Position numbers and translations under genes: made by a program. The notes beneath the pieces were generated by a model, which worked only from the letters and a program-made list of their open reading frames with translations, was not told where the DNA came from and did no database searches. From Escherichia coli (lineage in GTDB: Bacteria > Pseudomonadota > Gammaproteobacteria > Enterobacterales > Enterobacteriaceae), in the NCBI RefSeq assembly GCF_003334785.1, contig NZ_QOWV01000092.1: a stretch of DNA of 248 bases. One strand, 5' to 3'. Positions 1 to 248 of the stretch are shown here, one piece after another (position 1 is the first letter of the stretch; each line of letters begins with the position of its first letter).

Positions 1-248
1 TTTCATCTCCAGCTTTTCCAGAACAAGCTTTCGCAATGGTAAATTTTGATCCAGTAAGCACGGTTTTGGCCTTTTCGCCATTCTGTTGGCTCGGTTATTA
101 GCATCAACAGCTTTGTAATAGCGTCTGCCCCGATTACGCTGAACTTCACGTGAGATCGTCGAAGGACTGCGATTCAGCGCAGTAGCTATCGCACGAATGC
201 TCATTTTGGCTGACAAACCAGCTCGTATCTCCTCGCGCTCAGACAGTG
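1..248 (-). CDS. insI: IS30-family transposase (InsI-like), internal fragment, partial at both ends. Codons occupy plus-strand 1-246 read on the minus strand; 247-248 are the last two bases of the preceding codon. The start codon lies beyond position 248 and the stop codon beyond position 1.
   Basis: Seen in sequence: the reverse complement read from its third base gives 82 codons with no stop. Plus-strand frame 1 stops at taa 40-42, frame 2 at tga 47-49, and frame 3 at tag 99-101. Established knowledge (recalled, not aligned): the peptide matches the N-terminal region of E. coli IS30 transposase InsI, roughly residues 60-142 of the ~383-aa protein, with no mismatches I can detect from memory. 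Confidence 0.92.
1..248 (-). mobile_element. Internal segment of an IS30-family insertion sequence (IS30 itself or a near-identical relative). Terminal inverted repeats and target-site duplications are not in the window.
   Basis: Inference from the CDS call: the IS30 transposase gene fills most of the ~1.2-kb element, so a window wholly inside the transposase gene is wholly inside the IS. No IS ends are visible to confirm whether the element is complete. Confidence 0.88.
133..201 (-). other. Helix-turn-helix DNA-binding motif within the transposase N-terminal domain (peptide SIRAIATALNRSPSTISREVQRN).
   Basis: Seen in sequence: a short amphipathic helix-like stretch (SIRAIATALN), a turn (RSPS), and a second basic stretch (TISREVQRN). 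Established knowledge: IS30 transposases carry N-terminal HTH motifs used for recognising the inverted repeats and target sites. Exact motif boundaries are my estimate, not a domain-search result. Confidence 0.6.

Noticed and set aside
25-30. Palindromic hexamer aagctt (HindIII recognition site)
   Set aside because: It is a trivial 6-bp palindrome expected by chance, with no biological significance beyond being a restriction-mapping landmark.
62-76. T-rich stretch ggttttggccttttc resembling a terminator tail or a palindrome centred on ggcc
   Set aside because: The flanking T-runs are not complementary to each other, so no stem forms. On the coding strand the stretch simply encodes the lysine/proline-rich segment KRPKP.
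1-101. Plus-strand coding potential
   Set aside because: All three plus-strand frames terminate early (taa 40-42, tga 47-49, tag 99-101), leaving only short ORFs antisense to a strongly supported transposase frame.
166-183. Short inverted repeat actgcg (166-171) and cgcagt (178-183) with a 6-nt loop, a possible hairpin
   Set aside because: It is a 6-bp stem inside a coding region with no following T-tract. That is expected by chance and is not a terminator or a recognisable regulatory structure.
202-204. Internal ATG (Met in AKMSIR on the minus strand) as a candidate alternative start codon
   Set aside because: The frame is open upstream of it and the upstream residues continue to match the transposase, so it is an internal methionine. 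No convincing ribosome-binding site was identified.
1-248. Possibility that the window encodes a novel or undescribed system, as the task framing suggests
   Set aside because: The whole window is explained by one continuous minus-strand frame matching a well-known IS30 transposase. There is no unexplained intergenic space, no additional ORF, and no repeat array.

Overview
The whole 248-bp window lies inside a single gene on the minus strand: an internal fragment of an IS30-family transposase, with no start or stop codon in the window. The reverse-complement frame is open for all 82 codons, while all three plus-strand frames hit early stop codons. The translated peptide (LSEREEIRAGLSAKMSIRAIATALNRSPSTISREVQRNRGRRYYKAVDANNRANRMAKRPKPCLLDQNLPLRKLVLEKLEMK) matches, from memory and not by alignment, the N-terminal region of the E. 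coli IS30 transposase InsI, including a helix-turn-helix DNA-binding motif. I see no evidence of a novel or undescribed system here. This is a well-known insertion sequence; the inverted repeats, insertion site and flanking genes all lie outside the window.
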